Position numbers and translations under genes: made by a program. The notes beneath the pieces are model-generated. The model searched no databases, was not told the DNA's origin, and saw only the letters and a list, made by a program, of their open reading frames with translations. From a virus, in UHGV virus genome UHGV-0150885: a stretch of 57,380 bases of DNA. The stretch is one strand, 5' to 3'. This document shows, one piece after another, positions 1 through 8,745 of the stretch (position 1 is the first letter of the stretch; every line of letters starts with the position of its first letter).

Positions 1-11
1 GATGTCTTAGG

Positions 12-45
12 GTCTCGTGGGCTCGGAGATGTGTATAAGAGACAG
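12..45. other. Illumina Nextera adapter (Tn5 mosaic end) - technical contaminant at contig end
   Basis: Exact match to GTCTCGTGGGCTCGG + AGATGTGTATAAGAGACAG (Nextera read-2 adapter with 19-bp ME). Confidence 0.9.
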
Positions 46-262
46 ATGTAATAATTTGTTATTAGATGAAAAAACACTTTTTTATTAATCAGTTATGGGC
101 AATTGAGGATGAAAAAAATTCTATTTACGTCACCCCTGATGAAATTTCTATAAGTATAGACGGCGATAACTTAAAGTTGCCATATTAGGAATATGGGAAA
201 GAACACGGTGCGCCGATTTTTTGCACTAAATAATTTACATTTTATGTTCAATAATTGATACT

Positions 263-470
263 AACATGTTGGATATTAAAGGTGAAATTATCACAACTGA
301 TGCGATGGGTTGCCAGAAAGATATTGCAGAGAAGATACAAAAACAGGGAGGTAATTATTTATTTGCTGTAAAAGGACATAAGGAGCGGATTAATAAAGCC
401 TTTGAGTGAAACTTCCGCTGAAAATTCAGATTAACCGCGTTCCATGCAAACAATTTTCAAATATTCATCA
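263..470 (+). pseudogene. ISAs1-family (H-repeat) transposase internal fragment, truncated at both ends and frameshifted
   Basis: Translation [38 protein letters not shown] matches conserved core of H-repeat/ISAs1 transposases; continues out of frame (KLPLKIQIN). Confidence 0.7.
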
Positions 471-486
471 ATAAATAAGGAGTTCC

Positions 487-953
487 ATGTTTATACGACC
501 AGTCAAACCTTCAGATGTTGAACCATTAATGGATATGCTGCTTGACAGGGATCAATTTGATCAAGATGGCCTTCATCATGTACAAAAAACACTAACACAT
601 TATTTCTCAGGTCAATCTGCCGATTTATGGTTTAGTGCAGAACACTTGGGACTGGCAGGGATTGCCTACTGTGCTTCTGAAATGATGACAAATGATGTCT
701 GAAATTTATTAATGCTCTGGATCAGTCCTTCCCATCAGCGCCAGGGAGTGAGACATCTGCTGATTAACGAAATAGAAAAGAGCTCACAATTAAACAGGCA
801 AGACTACTATTAGTAGAGACCGCCAGCCATATCGATTTTAGTGCCGCCCGCGCATTTTATACAAAACAGGGCTTTATCAATGAGGCGATAATACGCAATT
901 ACTATGATGTTGGTGAGGATAAATTAATCTTCACTAAAAATATGCAATCGTGA
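487..953 (+). pseudogene. GNAT-family N-acetyltransferase disrupted by at least two frameshifts
   Basis: 71-aa ORF then GNAT motif (WISPSHQRQGVRHLL) and C-terminal RAFYTKQGF in two other frames. Confidence 0.6.
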
Positions 954-1180
954 GATAAAATATGCTTTAACTCATATGGAAACATTGCTTAAACAACTTG
1001 GTTGCTGCATATGATTCTTTAGCCCGCGGTAACTCGCTTACCACTGGTAACAAACGTGCCAGCACCTAAATGATGCAACGTATTGAGCTTATCATCATCA
1101 AACTGCCAGCGGCCTTCGACAAATACCCGTGCGTCTGCCGCTGCTGATACCACTTCGCCAAAAAGGATCTCGCCTTGTTT

Positions 1181-1210
1181 ATTCGCGTTCATTCGCGTTC
1201 ATCCCTGTTC
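1181..1210. repeat. Tandem 10-bp direct repeats (ATTCGCGTTC x2 plus degenerate third) upstream of int; candidate arm/att-associated sites
   Basis: attcgcgttc attcgcgttc atccctgttc read directly. Confidence 0.5.
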
Positions 1211-1339
1211 ACTAATCCCTATCAAAAACAACAGCTTAGATTATTTTTTAGCCGTAGTGTGTCTTCTTACGTACATTGCTGTTAATATCCGTTTAACGAA
1301 AAGTGTGTACCAAAACGTGACCAAAACGAAGGGGGAAAC

Positions 1340-2533
1340 ATGTTGTCTGATACGAAATTACGAGCCATCGCCGGGAAGGCGTACACCGGGCCGGATGAAC
1401 TGGCGGACGCTGGCGGACTATCAGCCAGGGTAAGTGCGAAGGGGAAAATTACATTCCAGTACCGCTATCGTTTCAATGGTAAACCAGTGCGCTTGAAGCT
1501 GGGCGACTATGGCATCATGTCGCTAAAAGAAGCCCGCGCGGCGGTGGCAGAATGCAAGGAGATACTCGCGGAGGGGAAGAATCCGGCAACAGTATTGAAG
1601 CAGCGGATAGAAGGGGAGAAGGAGAAGAAGACGATCAGTGATGTGATTGATGATTATCTCTCAATGACCAACGTCAAAAAACTTGTTAACTACAGGGATA
1701 TTAAAAGTTTTCTACAACGCTATGTAGTGAAAGACTACGGTTTTTATATCGTTGACGATATAACGACGCGTCAATGGATGGATATATTTTCGAAGATAAC
1801 GGAGGCGGGCTACCCCGTACAGGCCGGAATAGTGTTAAAGCGAATGAAGATCGTAATTGATAACGCCATCAGGCGAGATATGGTTACAAGCCAGTCAATA
1901 AAAAATGTTCGCGTTATTGATATTGGAAACACGCCCGGCGTCGGTGAGCGGTATTTATCAACGGATGAAATTGTGGAGTTCTGGCGTGCCGTGGAAAGGT
2001 CGAGGATCTACAGCCTGCATAAGTACGCGCTTAAATTGCTGTTACTTACTGGTTGCCGTGTCATTGAATTGAGGGATGCAAAGAGATCGCATTTTGATTT
2101 AGACAATGGTGTGTGGACGGTCCCGGCTGAAATATCAAAAACCCGGCGACTGATTAGAAGGGGATTATCTGATTACGCCGTCTCTTTATTGCGTGAAATT
2201 ATGGCGGCGCATGATAAAGAGCACCTGTTACCCCCTGCGAGATCACAGGAAGATAAGCCAGCGTGTAAAACCGTAATCAAGAAAGCGGCGCTATCCGTTT
2301 ACAGCATAATGAATTGTGAGGCATGGTCATGTCATGACTTGCGCCGGACATGCCGCACTCATTTAGCAGCTATAGGAGTAGCACCGCACATAGCGGAGAA
2401 AGTATTAGGCCACGCCCTATCAGGCGTGTTAGCCGTTTATGATAAATATGACTACATTGATGAGCAAAAAGAAGCGATGAATAAGTGGGCTGATTATGTT
2501 TTATCCCTGGTTGAGATTAAGCCGCGCTCATGA
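1340..2533 (+). CDS. int: P4-type tyrosine integrase
   Basis: 397 aa; N-terminal arm-binding-like domain (LSDTKLRAIAGKAY...GKPVRLKLGDYGIMSLKEAR); C-terminal HDLRRT...H..Y catalytic motifs. Confidence 0.9.
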   Translation: MLSDTKLRAIAGKAYTGPDELADAGGLSARVSAKGKITFQYRYRFNGKPVRLKLGDYGIMSLKEARAAVAECKEILAEGKNPATVLKQRIEGEKEKKTISDVIDDYLSMTNVKKLVNYRDIKSFLQRYVVKDYGFYIVDDITTRQWMDIFSKITEAGYPVQAGIVLKRMKIVIDNAIRRDMVTSQSIKNVRVIDIGNTPGVGERYLSTDEIVEFWRAVERSRIYSLHKYALKLLLLTGCRVIELRDAKRSHFDLDNGVWTVPAEISKTRRLIRRGLSDYAVSLLREIMAAHDKEHLLPPARSQEDKPACKTVIKKAALSVYSIMNCEAWSCHDLRRTCRTHLAAIGVAPHIAEKVLGHALSGVLAVYDKYDYIDEQKEAMNKWADYVLSLVEIKPRS

Positions 2534-2736
2534 AAAAACCGCATAACGTCCTGATAGCGGTAAAGGTGGTTACATCCGGGGAAGGGGAGAGCAGCGGGCG
2601 CGGGGAATGGTGTTCCGCTGTTCTTCCACGCTTTACGCCACTTGTAAAACGTTCCCCGGCTAATGCCACCTAACATCTTACAGATATTTTCCGTCGTGAT
2701 TAGTATCGTCGTTTCCTTATCGCTGATCATATTCAT
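2494..2736 (-). CDS. xis: Excisionase/AlpA-like DNA-binding protein
   Basis: Start MNMISDK with GGGGA SD; motif ICKMLGGISRGTFYKWRK typical of AlpA/Xis HTH; adjacent and convergent to int. Confidence 0.6.
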   Translation of the reverse strand: MNMISDKETTILITTENICKMLGGISRGTFYKWRKAWKNSGTPFPAPAALPFPGCNHLYRYQDVMRFFHERGLISTRDKT

Positions 2737-3389
2737 TTCCCCGTGTATTCGACGTGTCCGATACATCCATCAATAATAGCTTGCGCCATGTTGCGATAAT
2801 CGTGTGAAAACTCATTGTCGCGGTTAAAATTAATTTCTTTTGCTGCGTCTTCACCGATAACCTTAGTGGCAAGTGCAAACGCAATTTCAGCCAGTATTTT
2901 TTCTTTCGGATCTACATACAACTTATGAGCGAAAGGCTTCCATTCCCCGGCTTGTTCAAAATCAGGCGCATCCATTTCTACAAAAAGAGCAAGGCGATCA
3001 CTTATATACTTGTATTTCAGAATAACATATTTCCGACCATCGACAGGATCTAGAAGCTCAAGCCATACTCCGCATGGCGGCTTTTCTCCTGCCATCCATT
3101 CCGTAACTTCTGGCGTATCGCAATCATGCCGCTCATCTTCGATTAATTCGTCAATGATTTCACTTTCTTTATTCATGCCATCATCATCTTTATTAGATAA
3201 ATTGGCATATTTATCAAACTTCCAGCTTGCCGCCATAACAGAATAAGTGCCGCGAGTATCAGCGCGGACACCAACTAAATAGCATGATCCAAAATTATAT
3301 TCTTCCCTGCATGTCGATACTTCGAACGATGGGTAGCATTCAGGGTTAGTGCGATGGCTAATTATACCGATTACTTTTGATTTATTCAT
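2733..3389 (-). CDS. Hypothetical protein (218 aa, acidic)
   Basis: ORF track; start chosen at ATG with GAGGA SD; no recognisable domain. Confidence 0.5.
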   Translation of the reverse strand: MNKSKVIGIISHRTNPECYPSFEVSTCREEYNFGSCYLVGVRADTRGTYSVMAASWKFDKYANLSNKDDDGMNKESEIIDELIEDERHDCDTPEVTEWMAGEKPPCGVWLELLDPVDGRKYVILKYKYISDRLALFVEMDAPDFEQAGEWKPFAHKLYVDPKEKILAEIAFALATKVIGEDAAKEINFNRDNEFSHDYRNMAQAIIDGCIGHVEYTGK

Positions 3390-3403
3390 TTGCTTATCCT
3401 CAG

Positions 3404-3580
3404 TCACGCCACGGTTACATTGTCAACCTTGATATAATATTCAGGGTTGTTTTCTATTTCAGATTTAAACTTAGAAAAACATTCACGCCATTCATTTGCT
3501 GGTCTACTAAAATAATAAACTGTATGGTTTTCTATTTTGTACAGGATACCAGTAACCTTAGCTTTGTAATAACTAACCAT
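3404..3580 (-). CDS. Small hypothetical protein (~57 aa)
   Basis: ATG overlapping ninB stop (TAATG); MVSYYKAKVTGILYKIENHTVYYFSRPANEWRECFSKF... Confidence 0.3.
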   Translation of the reverse strand: MVSYYKAKVTGILYKIENHTVYYFSRPANEWRECFSKFKSEIENNPEYYIKVDNVTVA

Positions 3581-4011
3581 TATTGCCCCCAGCGTTTTAT
3601 AAATTCCTCGTTTAATTTCGTATCACCTGACCACTGAACGCCATGCTCCGCGCCGAACGAATAAATCAATTCGATTAGTTCGCTGAATTCTGATTTACTC
3701 ATTCGACTGGTGGATGTTCCCAATACAACGAAGCCGGATTTATCCAGATTGGGGACGACGCCATATTTCTTAAGCCCGGCAGTAAATACTGCTTTCCAGT
3801 CTTCCGGCGACAGCTTCTTGCCGTACCAGTTAACCTGATCGCTAACATCGGTTAGTAGCGCCCATAACAACGCATTTTGACTCAGTGAGCGGGTTTTCTC
3901 CTGAATGGTAATTATCAGCGGGCTTTTGCTATCAGGCTGGATCTCCCTTATCTGCCTGATAGCATTTTCTTTCACGGCGTCGTTAACTATCTCAAATCTA
4001 ATTTGCCTCAT
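3580..4011 (-). CDS. ninB: NinB/Orf recombination protein
   Basis: 143 aa; near-colinear with lambda NinB (ITIQEKTRSLSQNALLWALLTDVSDQVNWYGKKLSPEDWK vs lambda VVTIQERNRSLDQNRKLWACLGDVSRQVEWHGRWLD). Confidence 0.85.
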   Translation of the reverse strand: MRQIRFEIVNDAVKENAIRQIREIQPDSKSPLIITIQEKTRSLSQNALLWALLTDVSDQVNWYGKKLSPEDWKAVFTAGLKKYGVVPNLDKSGFVVLGTSTSRMSKSEFSELIELIYSFGAEHGVQWSGDTKLNEEFIKRWGQ

Positions 4012-4205
4012 AATACACCGTTGCTATTTTTCCATTGTGCGCGCGCGTACATAATCGCCTGCAAAGAAATTAGCCGCGAGCTTGTCATAAAAGCGCCTTT
4101 TAAATATTCCATATCAACCGTAACAGGCATATCAGGATCACCGCGGCGCTTGTATTCCGCAATAGTGCTTAAATCCTCCACGGTCAATTCTAAATCCTTG
4201 TTCAT
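4008..4205 (-). CDS. Hypothetical protein (65 aa)
   Basis: ORF track; start overlaps downstream gene (operon coupling). Confidence 0.4.
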   Translation of the reverse strand: MNKDLELTVEDLSTIAEYKRRGDPDMPVTVDMEYLKGAFMTSSRLISLQAIMYARAQWKNSNGVL

Positions 4206-4214
4206 AACTCCCCC

Positions 4215-4421
4215 TTACACAATCCGCATTGTGTTTCTTAATTCCCCACGCAGCGCCCGCAACGCCTCACGAATTGGAACGAAAGCCCAGCTAAATCTTA
4301 CGTGTCTGTATTTGCGCATTAGCGGAGGTGTATAAACCATTGCGCCACAAGAATTGCATGGAAAACGGAAATGTGATTCATCAATGAATGTTTCAACTGA
4401 ATAAAAGATTACCCGTCTCAT
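4215..4421 (-). CDS. Hypothetical Cys-containing small protein (68 aa)
   Basis: ORF track; CNSCGAMVYTPP motif; coupled to neighbours. Confidence 0.4.
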   Translation of the reverse strand: MRRVIFYSVETFIDESHFRFPCNSCGAMVYTPPLMRKYRHVRFSWAFVPIREALRALRGELRNTMRIV

Positions 4422-4945
4422 AATTCTAACCCCGTTTCACCGTTAAGTTTTTCGATTTCAAATGCTGGTTTATCCGGTAACAAGCCGTTATTTTTCCGGT
4501 ATTCGTTCAGGCGGCTGTTAAATTCAAATACGATAGGACTTGAACAACCATAGAAGCGAGCTGATCTAAAAAAATATTTCCCGTCAAATTTATTGACAGT
4601 TAATAAATTTTCACTACCTAACATCTTTAAAACCCGACAGATTTTTCTCTGTTTTATTTCGAGTTTTAATTTCTTCTTAACATCCTCAGCAGAAAAATAA
4701 TCGCTACTATTCAGAAATAAAGGCATGATTTTTTTTATTGCCATTTCGCGCACTGACTTCAAGCAATATGATAACCGTGGTCCTCCCATTTCCACAGGAA
4801 TAATAGCGCCGTCAGAAACCATATCACGCAAACTGTTAACAATCTCGATTTCAGGACCTGGAATAGATTTAATGATTGTTGCTTCACCCGCGACAGTAGC
4901 ATCCTGTAAAAAATTCGCTATTTGTGTTTTATAAGTGGTTTTCAT
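4418..4945 (-). CDS. Hypothetical protein (~175 aa) in AT-rich segment
   Basis: Start MKTTYKTQ with GAGG SD; local A+T richness suggests acquired moron. Confidence 0.5.
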   Translation of the reverse strand: MKTTYKTQIANFLQDATVAGEATIIKSIPGPEIEIVNSLRDMVSDGAIIPVEMGGPRLSYCLKSVREMAIKKIMPLFLNSSDYFSAEDVKKKLKLEIKQRKICRVLKMLGSENLLTVNKFDGKYFFRSARFYGCSSPIVFEFNSRLNEYRKNNGLLPDKPAFEIEKLNGETGLEL

Positions 4946-5024
4946 TGTTTTTAGCCTCGATTTAAGCGCGAAAACAGCCACCAGAAAGCGGTCAGCTTTC
5001 CGGTAAGCCGTTTACTCAAGTTAA

Positions 5025-6446
5025 TTAAAAGGATGAGTTATTCTGGTTGTTTCGTGGGGAGAATCGGCTTGCCGCCGGACGTTGTTGCATTGACTGGATG
5101 CAAGCGGACGCCGCGCGGGCCTGGTCACATGGTAAGATATTGCCGTTGTCGTCAAACCGCTGGTAAACAGTGCCCGTTTTCCCGTGACGGTTTTTTGAAA
5201 CGATGATCTCCATATATTCGCGGGCAACAGATTGTTCGTTGTAGTAGCCATCACGGTAGACCATGATGATCCGGTCCGCATCTTGCTCCAGATTACCGGA
5301 ATCACGCAGATCAGAATTGTTCGGGCGCTTGTTCGGTCGTTCCTCAACGCGGCGGGATAATTGCGCCAGCGCCGCCACTGGTACGCGCAATTCCTTCGCC
5401 ATCATTTTCAATGACCGCGACAATTGCCCTACGGCAAGATCATGACGTTCGGCCTTAGCCAGCTTCATTAACCCGATGTAGTCAATCATTACCATTCCCA
5501 GGTTGGGATGGTCCTGTTTCATACGTTCGGTGGTGGCGCGTATTTCCTCGACCGTTAACTGCGATGCGTCAACAATCCATACGTCGAGATCGGCGAGGGC
5601 GCTCATACCCTGGGCGACGTGCGCCCACCCCTCATCGTCAAGTTTTACCGGATTACGCAAACAATCCGTTGATAAATTCCCCGCACCAGCGATGGCCCGC
5701 TCAGTTATTTGATCGAGCGACATTTCAAGCGTAAAGAGCAAAACACCGACACGATTTCCTTCGCCGCCAGGGTAAGGTCTCTCAGCCGCCGCGCGGGCAA
5801 TTGCCAACGCTAACGCCGATTTACCAGATCCCGGACGTCCGGCGATGAGCACTAAATCAGTGGCGTTAATGCCGCCTAACATTTCGTCGAGTGGGTCAAT
5901 CCCTGTTTTGATGTTGTCGGAGTTTACGCCGCATTCCATGCGCTTACTTAGCACTTCCGTGTATTCCTGCACCGCGTCGCGCAACAGCACCGGGAGGATT
6001 TCGCCTTTCGTTACTTTTAATTTTGAATACCGGGAATCAAAATCTTTCATCGTTTCCCTGACAACTTCAAGCGTACCCGTTTCCAGTTTGTAGCGAATAT
6101 CTTCTATCAGGTCCAACATTTGCCGCCGCTGGTGTTCTTCCTGCAATAATTCGGCATACCCTTTCAGGTTGGCAGCCGAAGGACACGATCGCGCCGTTTG
6201 CATCAGCGGTATGAAGTTTTCGTTACCGATTTCATCGCCAACCAATAACGCATCGATGAGATTTCTGTTTCTGGCTTGCGCCCGGATAATTTCGAACGCC
6301 CGTCTGTATAGCGGAATAGTGAAAACTTCTGGATCGAGTGTAGCAAGAACATCTTGCGCGTTAGGGGTAAGCCCGCCTAACAGAAGTCCACCAATAACCG
6401 CCGATTCCCTTTCTTGCCGCAATGAGTTTACTTGCTCAGTTATCAT
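5025..6446 (-). CDS. dnaB: Replicative DNA helicase, DnaB family
   Basis: 473 aa; Walker A GRPGSGKSALAL, DnaB N-terminal and RecA-like core motifs; strong GGAGG SD. Confidence 0.9.
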   Translation of the reverse strand: MITEQVNSLRQERESAVIGGLLLGGLTPNAQDVLATLDPEVFTIPLYRRAFEIIRAQARNRNLIDALLVGDEIGNENFIPLMQTARSCPSAANLKGYAELLQEEHQRRQMLDLIEDIRYKLETGTLEVVRETMKDFDSRYSKLKVTKGEILPVLLRDAVQEYTEVLSKRMECGVNSDNIKTGIDPLDEMLGGINATDLVLIAGRPGSGKSALALAIARAAAERPYPGGEGNRVGVLLFTLEMSLDQITERAIAGAGNLSTDCLRNPVKLDDEGWAHVAQGMSALADLDVWIVDASQLTVEEIRATTERMKQDHPNLGMVMIDYIGLMKLAKAERHDLAVGQLSRSLKMMAKELRVPVAALAQLSRRVEERPNKRPNNSDLRDSGNLEQDADRIIMVYRDGYYNEQSVAREYMEIIVSKNRHGKTGTVYQRFDDNGNILPCDQARAASACIQSMQQRPAASRFSPRNNQNNSSF

Positions 6447-6464
6447 TATGGCGTCGCCTCCGGT

Positions 6465-7583
6465 TTACAAAATGGAATATTCAGGGTAATAAACAAAGCG
6501 CCCGATTTCCCCATAATCCGGGCTGTAAATTATCACCGCCGCCAGCCGCCGCGACCGCCAACCGCCATTCGTTGAATAAGCGTCTTTACCCGCTAACGTG
6601 CCGTGGTGCTCAACGATCCCTAATGATGTTTCTACGACAGATTGATGATGCAGATGCCCCGTGTGAGCGTAAACCGCCGCCGACTTGCCGAAGTCCTCCC
6701 GCCAGTCAGAAACACAGGCAGCTAACAAATTTTCGGGTTTTTTGATGGTGTGCCCGTGATGATAAGCAAGGAATGTTTTACCGTACTGCGTGTGGTGGAC
6801 GATAGCAGGTGATACATCAACCGTTACGCGCGGTTCATCCTCGTAAAAAGCCGCCAGCGCCGCACGTAGCCAGATCATCCCCGACTGATCGTGATTGCCG
6901 GATAACACTTGTATCTCGACGTCCTTATGGTTTAACAACATTTTCCCCACCGCACGCCGGACCGACCGGATCGCCACATAAACAAGTTTTGCGTAGCGGC
7001 TATCCTGATCAAGAATATGCCCGCTTGTCGGTGTAACCGGGATCATCCCGTCAGAGTGAAGTAGATCGCCTCCGAGAAGCAAAACAGCCTTCTCAGACGT
7101 TGGTGCAGCGCCTACCGCGTAGTCGAAGAAGTCATTTAGCACGCGTTCGGCGATCCCGGTGTCGTAGCTTTCTCCGCATTCAGCTTTATGTGCAAGCGCC
7201 CCGATATGCAGATCGAATACCGGATAAAGGGCCAGGCTTTTTTGGAAATCAATTTCCGGCACTGGCACTACCTCCGCGCGTGGTATTTCTTCCGTGAATG
7301 CGTCGCAAGCCGCTTGCGTTAGCCTTTCCATTTCCTCACGGTCACGGGCCGTTTTAATCCAGCGCATGATTACATTGCCATCCTTATCAACGAGCAATGA
7401 TTCACCGTTAACACCGAAGCCAGGAGCGCGGCGCGTGGATATTAAACCGCGCTTAGCCAGCCGTGCGCCCAGGCGTTCGACGTTGCGTTTTGCCATTCCA
7501 TATTCTTCGGCTATTTGCTTGTAAGTCTTCCCCTTGTTGTACTCAGCGATCAGTTGCTCATCGCTGATCTTTCTCTGTGACAT
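6465..7583 (-). CDS. HTH domain + calcineurin-like metallophosphoesterase protein
   Basis: 372 aa; N-term YKQIAEEYGMAKRNVERL HTH; DLHIG, GGDLLHSDG, LSGNHD, GHLHH phosphoesterase motifs. Confidence 0.7.
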   Translation of the reverse strand: MSQRKISDEQLIAEYNKGKTYKQIAEEYGMAKRNVERLGARLAKRGLISTRRAPGFGVNGESLLVDKDGNVIMRWIKTARDREEMERLTQAACDAFTEEIPRAEVVPVPEIDFQKSLALYPVFDLHIGALAHKAECGESYDTGIAERVLNDFFDYAVGAAPTSEKAVLLLGGDLLHSDGMIPVTPTSGHILDQDSRYAKLVYVAIRSVRRAVGKMLLNHKDVEIQVLSGNHDQSGMIWLRAALAAFYEDEPRVTVDVSPAIVHHTQYGKTFLAYHHGHTIKKPENLLAACVSDWREDFGKSAAVYAHTGHLHHQSVVETSLGIVEHHGTLAGKDAYSTNGGWRSRRLAAVIIYSPDYGEIGRFVYYPEYSIL

Positions 7584-7616
7584 AACGTTATTTCCTCCGG
7601 TTTACGGAATGTATAC

Positions 7617-8387
7617 TCATTCAGAAAAAATAATATTCAATAACTCTTTAAATCTTGATTCATAAAAATGCGGCTGTGTTTCTCTCTGATTAGATGGGTT
7701 GGTTATATTTTTTCCGTATCGCAGACCATACACAGTTACATTCCAGAATCTTTTTTCTCCGCATTTTGCTTTACGATACTTGCGATCGACAATGCCTTTG
7801 CGTTCAAGGATTGGGTAAACTTCACGCGCAGTCATGCCAACGTTATTTTCTTCTAACAATGCTGTCAGTGATTTGGTCACGCGGCTTGATCCGTCCACAG
7901 CATCAGAAGGAGCGTCAATAGCGTAATGCGGAAGGATAGGAGGAATATTATATTCCTTCTCAATCTTCTGTAGCATACCTAACTTACCTGAATTACTCAT
8001 ATTCAGCATTCGGCCCGCCGTTTCAGCAAAAGCAAGAACATTACTGATCTGTGTGTTACCGTAATTTGGAACAGCATTTTGCCGGACTGCGTTTTCAAGT
8101 TCCTGCCAGCGGTCAACGATCCGCGCCGTAAGTTCAGGGCAAAGCTGTGCGACCACAATAATACTATCTCGCTTGCCTTCCTCCCCTTCAAAAACGTAAG
8201 CGTCCACGCCACGAATCAATCCTAAGTTATTGATTTTTCCGAAAACCTCAATTTGAGGAAGTCGGATAATCCCATTATTAGCAAGCGTCTCGATAGTGCG
8301 TTTTACGTTATCATGACGCTTACCAACCAACTCTGAAATTTCAATACTATTCATTTTAACGTTATCAAAAACCATTAATTCAGACAT
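7617..8387 (-). CDS. Rha-family phage regulatory protein/antirepressor
   Basis: Start MSELMVF with GGAG SD; N-terminal Rha/Bro-N-like domain (VFDNVKMNSIEISELVGKRHDNVKR). Confidence 0.7.
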   Translation of the reverse strand: MSELMVFDNVKMNSIEISELVGKRHDNVKRTIETLANNGIIRLPQIEVFGKINNLGLIRGVDAYVFEGEEGKRDSIIVVAQLCPELTARIVDRWQELENAVRQNAVPNYGNTQISNVLAFAETAGRMLNMSNSGKLGMLQKIEKEYNIPPILPHYAIDAPSDAVDGSSRVTKSLTALLEENNVGMTAREVYPILERKGIVDRKYRKAKCGEKRFWNVTVYGLRYGKNITNPSNQRETQPHFYESRFKELLNIIFSE

Positions 8388-8519
8388 TGTAATTTCTCCG
8401 TAAAACGCGCTACAACGCAAAAATCCCACCGCGTAACCCGTTTGCACAGGTTGCAGTGTCTTATTGCGTCAGAAACGCTATCAGGTGGCTAATTTTCGAT
8501 TTACAGACTGGTAGGTAGG

Positions 8520-8621
8520 TTATGGATTGACTAGAAGGAACAAACCGCCGAACAAGGCGACGTTAACAGCGATTGCCGCAGCGATGGCAAAAGCCAGGGC
8601 GAAAACGTGTTTACCGTCCAT
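8520..8621 (-). CDS. Tiny hydrophobic peptide (33 aa)
   Basis: MDGKHVFALAFAIAAAIAVNVALFGGLFLLVNP; AGAGAGG-like SD; below ORF-track cutoff. Confidence 0.25.
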   Translation of the reverse strand: MDGKHVFALAFAIAAAIAVNVALFGGLFLLVNP

Positions 8622-8745
8622 TTTAAAATCCTCTCTGTAACGCTCTCTGACGAGCTAATCGCAAAAAGGTAAGCAAGTGTAGCACCCAATGCGATTTAGC
8701 TCGCTGGTGAGCTTGTTTTGTGGGTAATTTTGGATTTTTGGTAAT

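Noticed and set aside
960-1340. Possible tRNA or tmRNA integration target next to the P4-type integrase
   Set aside because: No T-loop (GGTTCGAATCC-like), acceptor-stem or CCA-end pattern on either strand; integration target remains unidentified.
1083-1433. 116-aa + strand ORF overlapping the integrase start
   Set aside because: Out of frame with int and spans the putative att/regulatory region; Ser/Thr-rich low-complexity translation.
5021-5347. 108-aa - strand ORF overlapping the 3' end of the DnaB-like gene
   Set aside because: Alternative frame of the helicase gene; no independent start signals.
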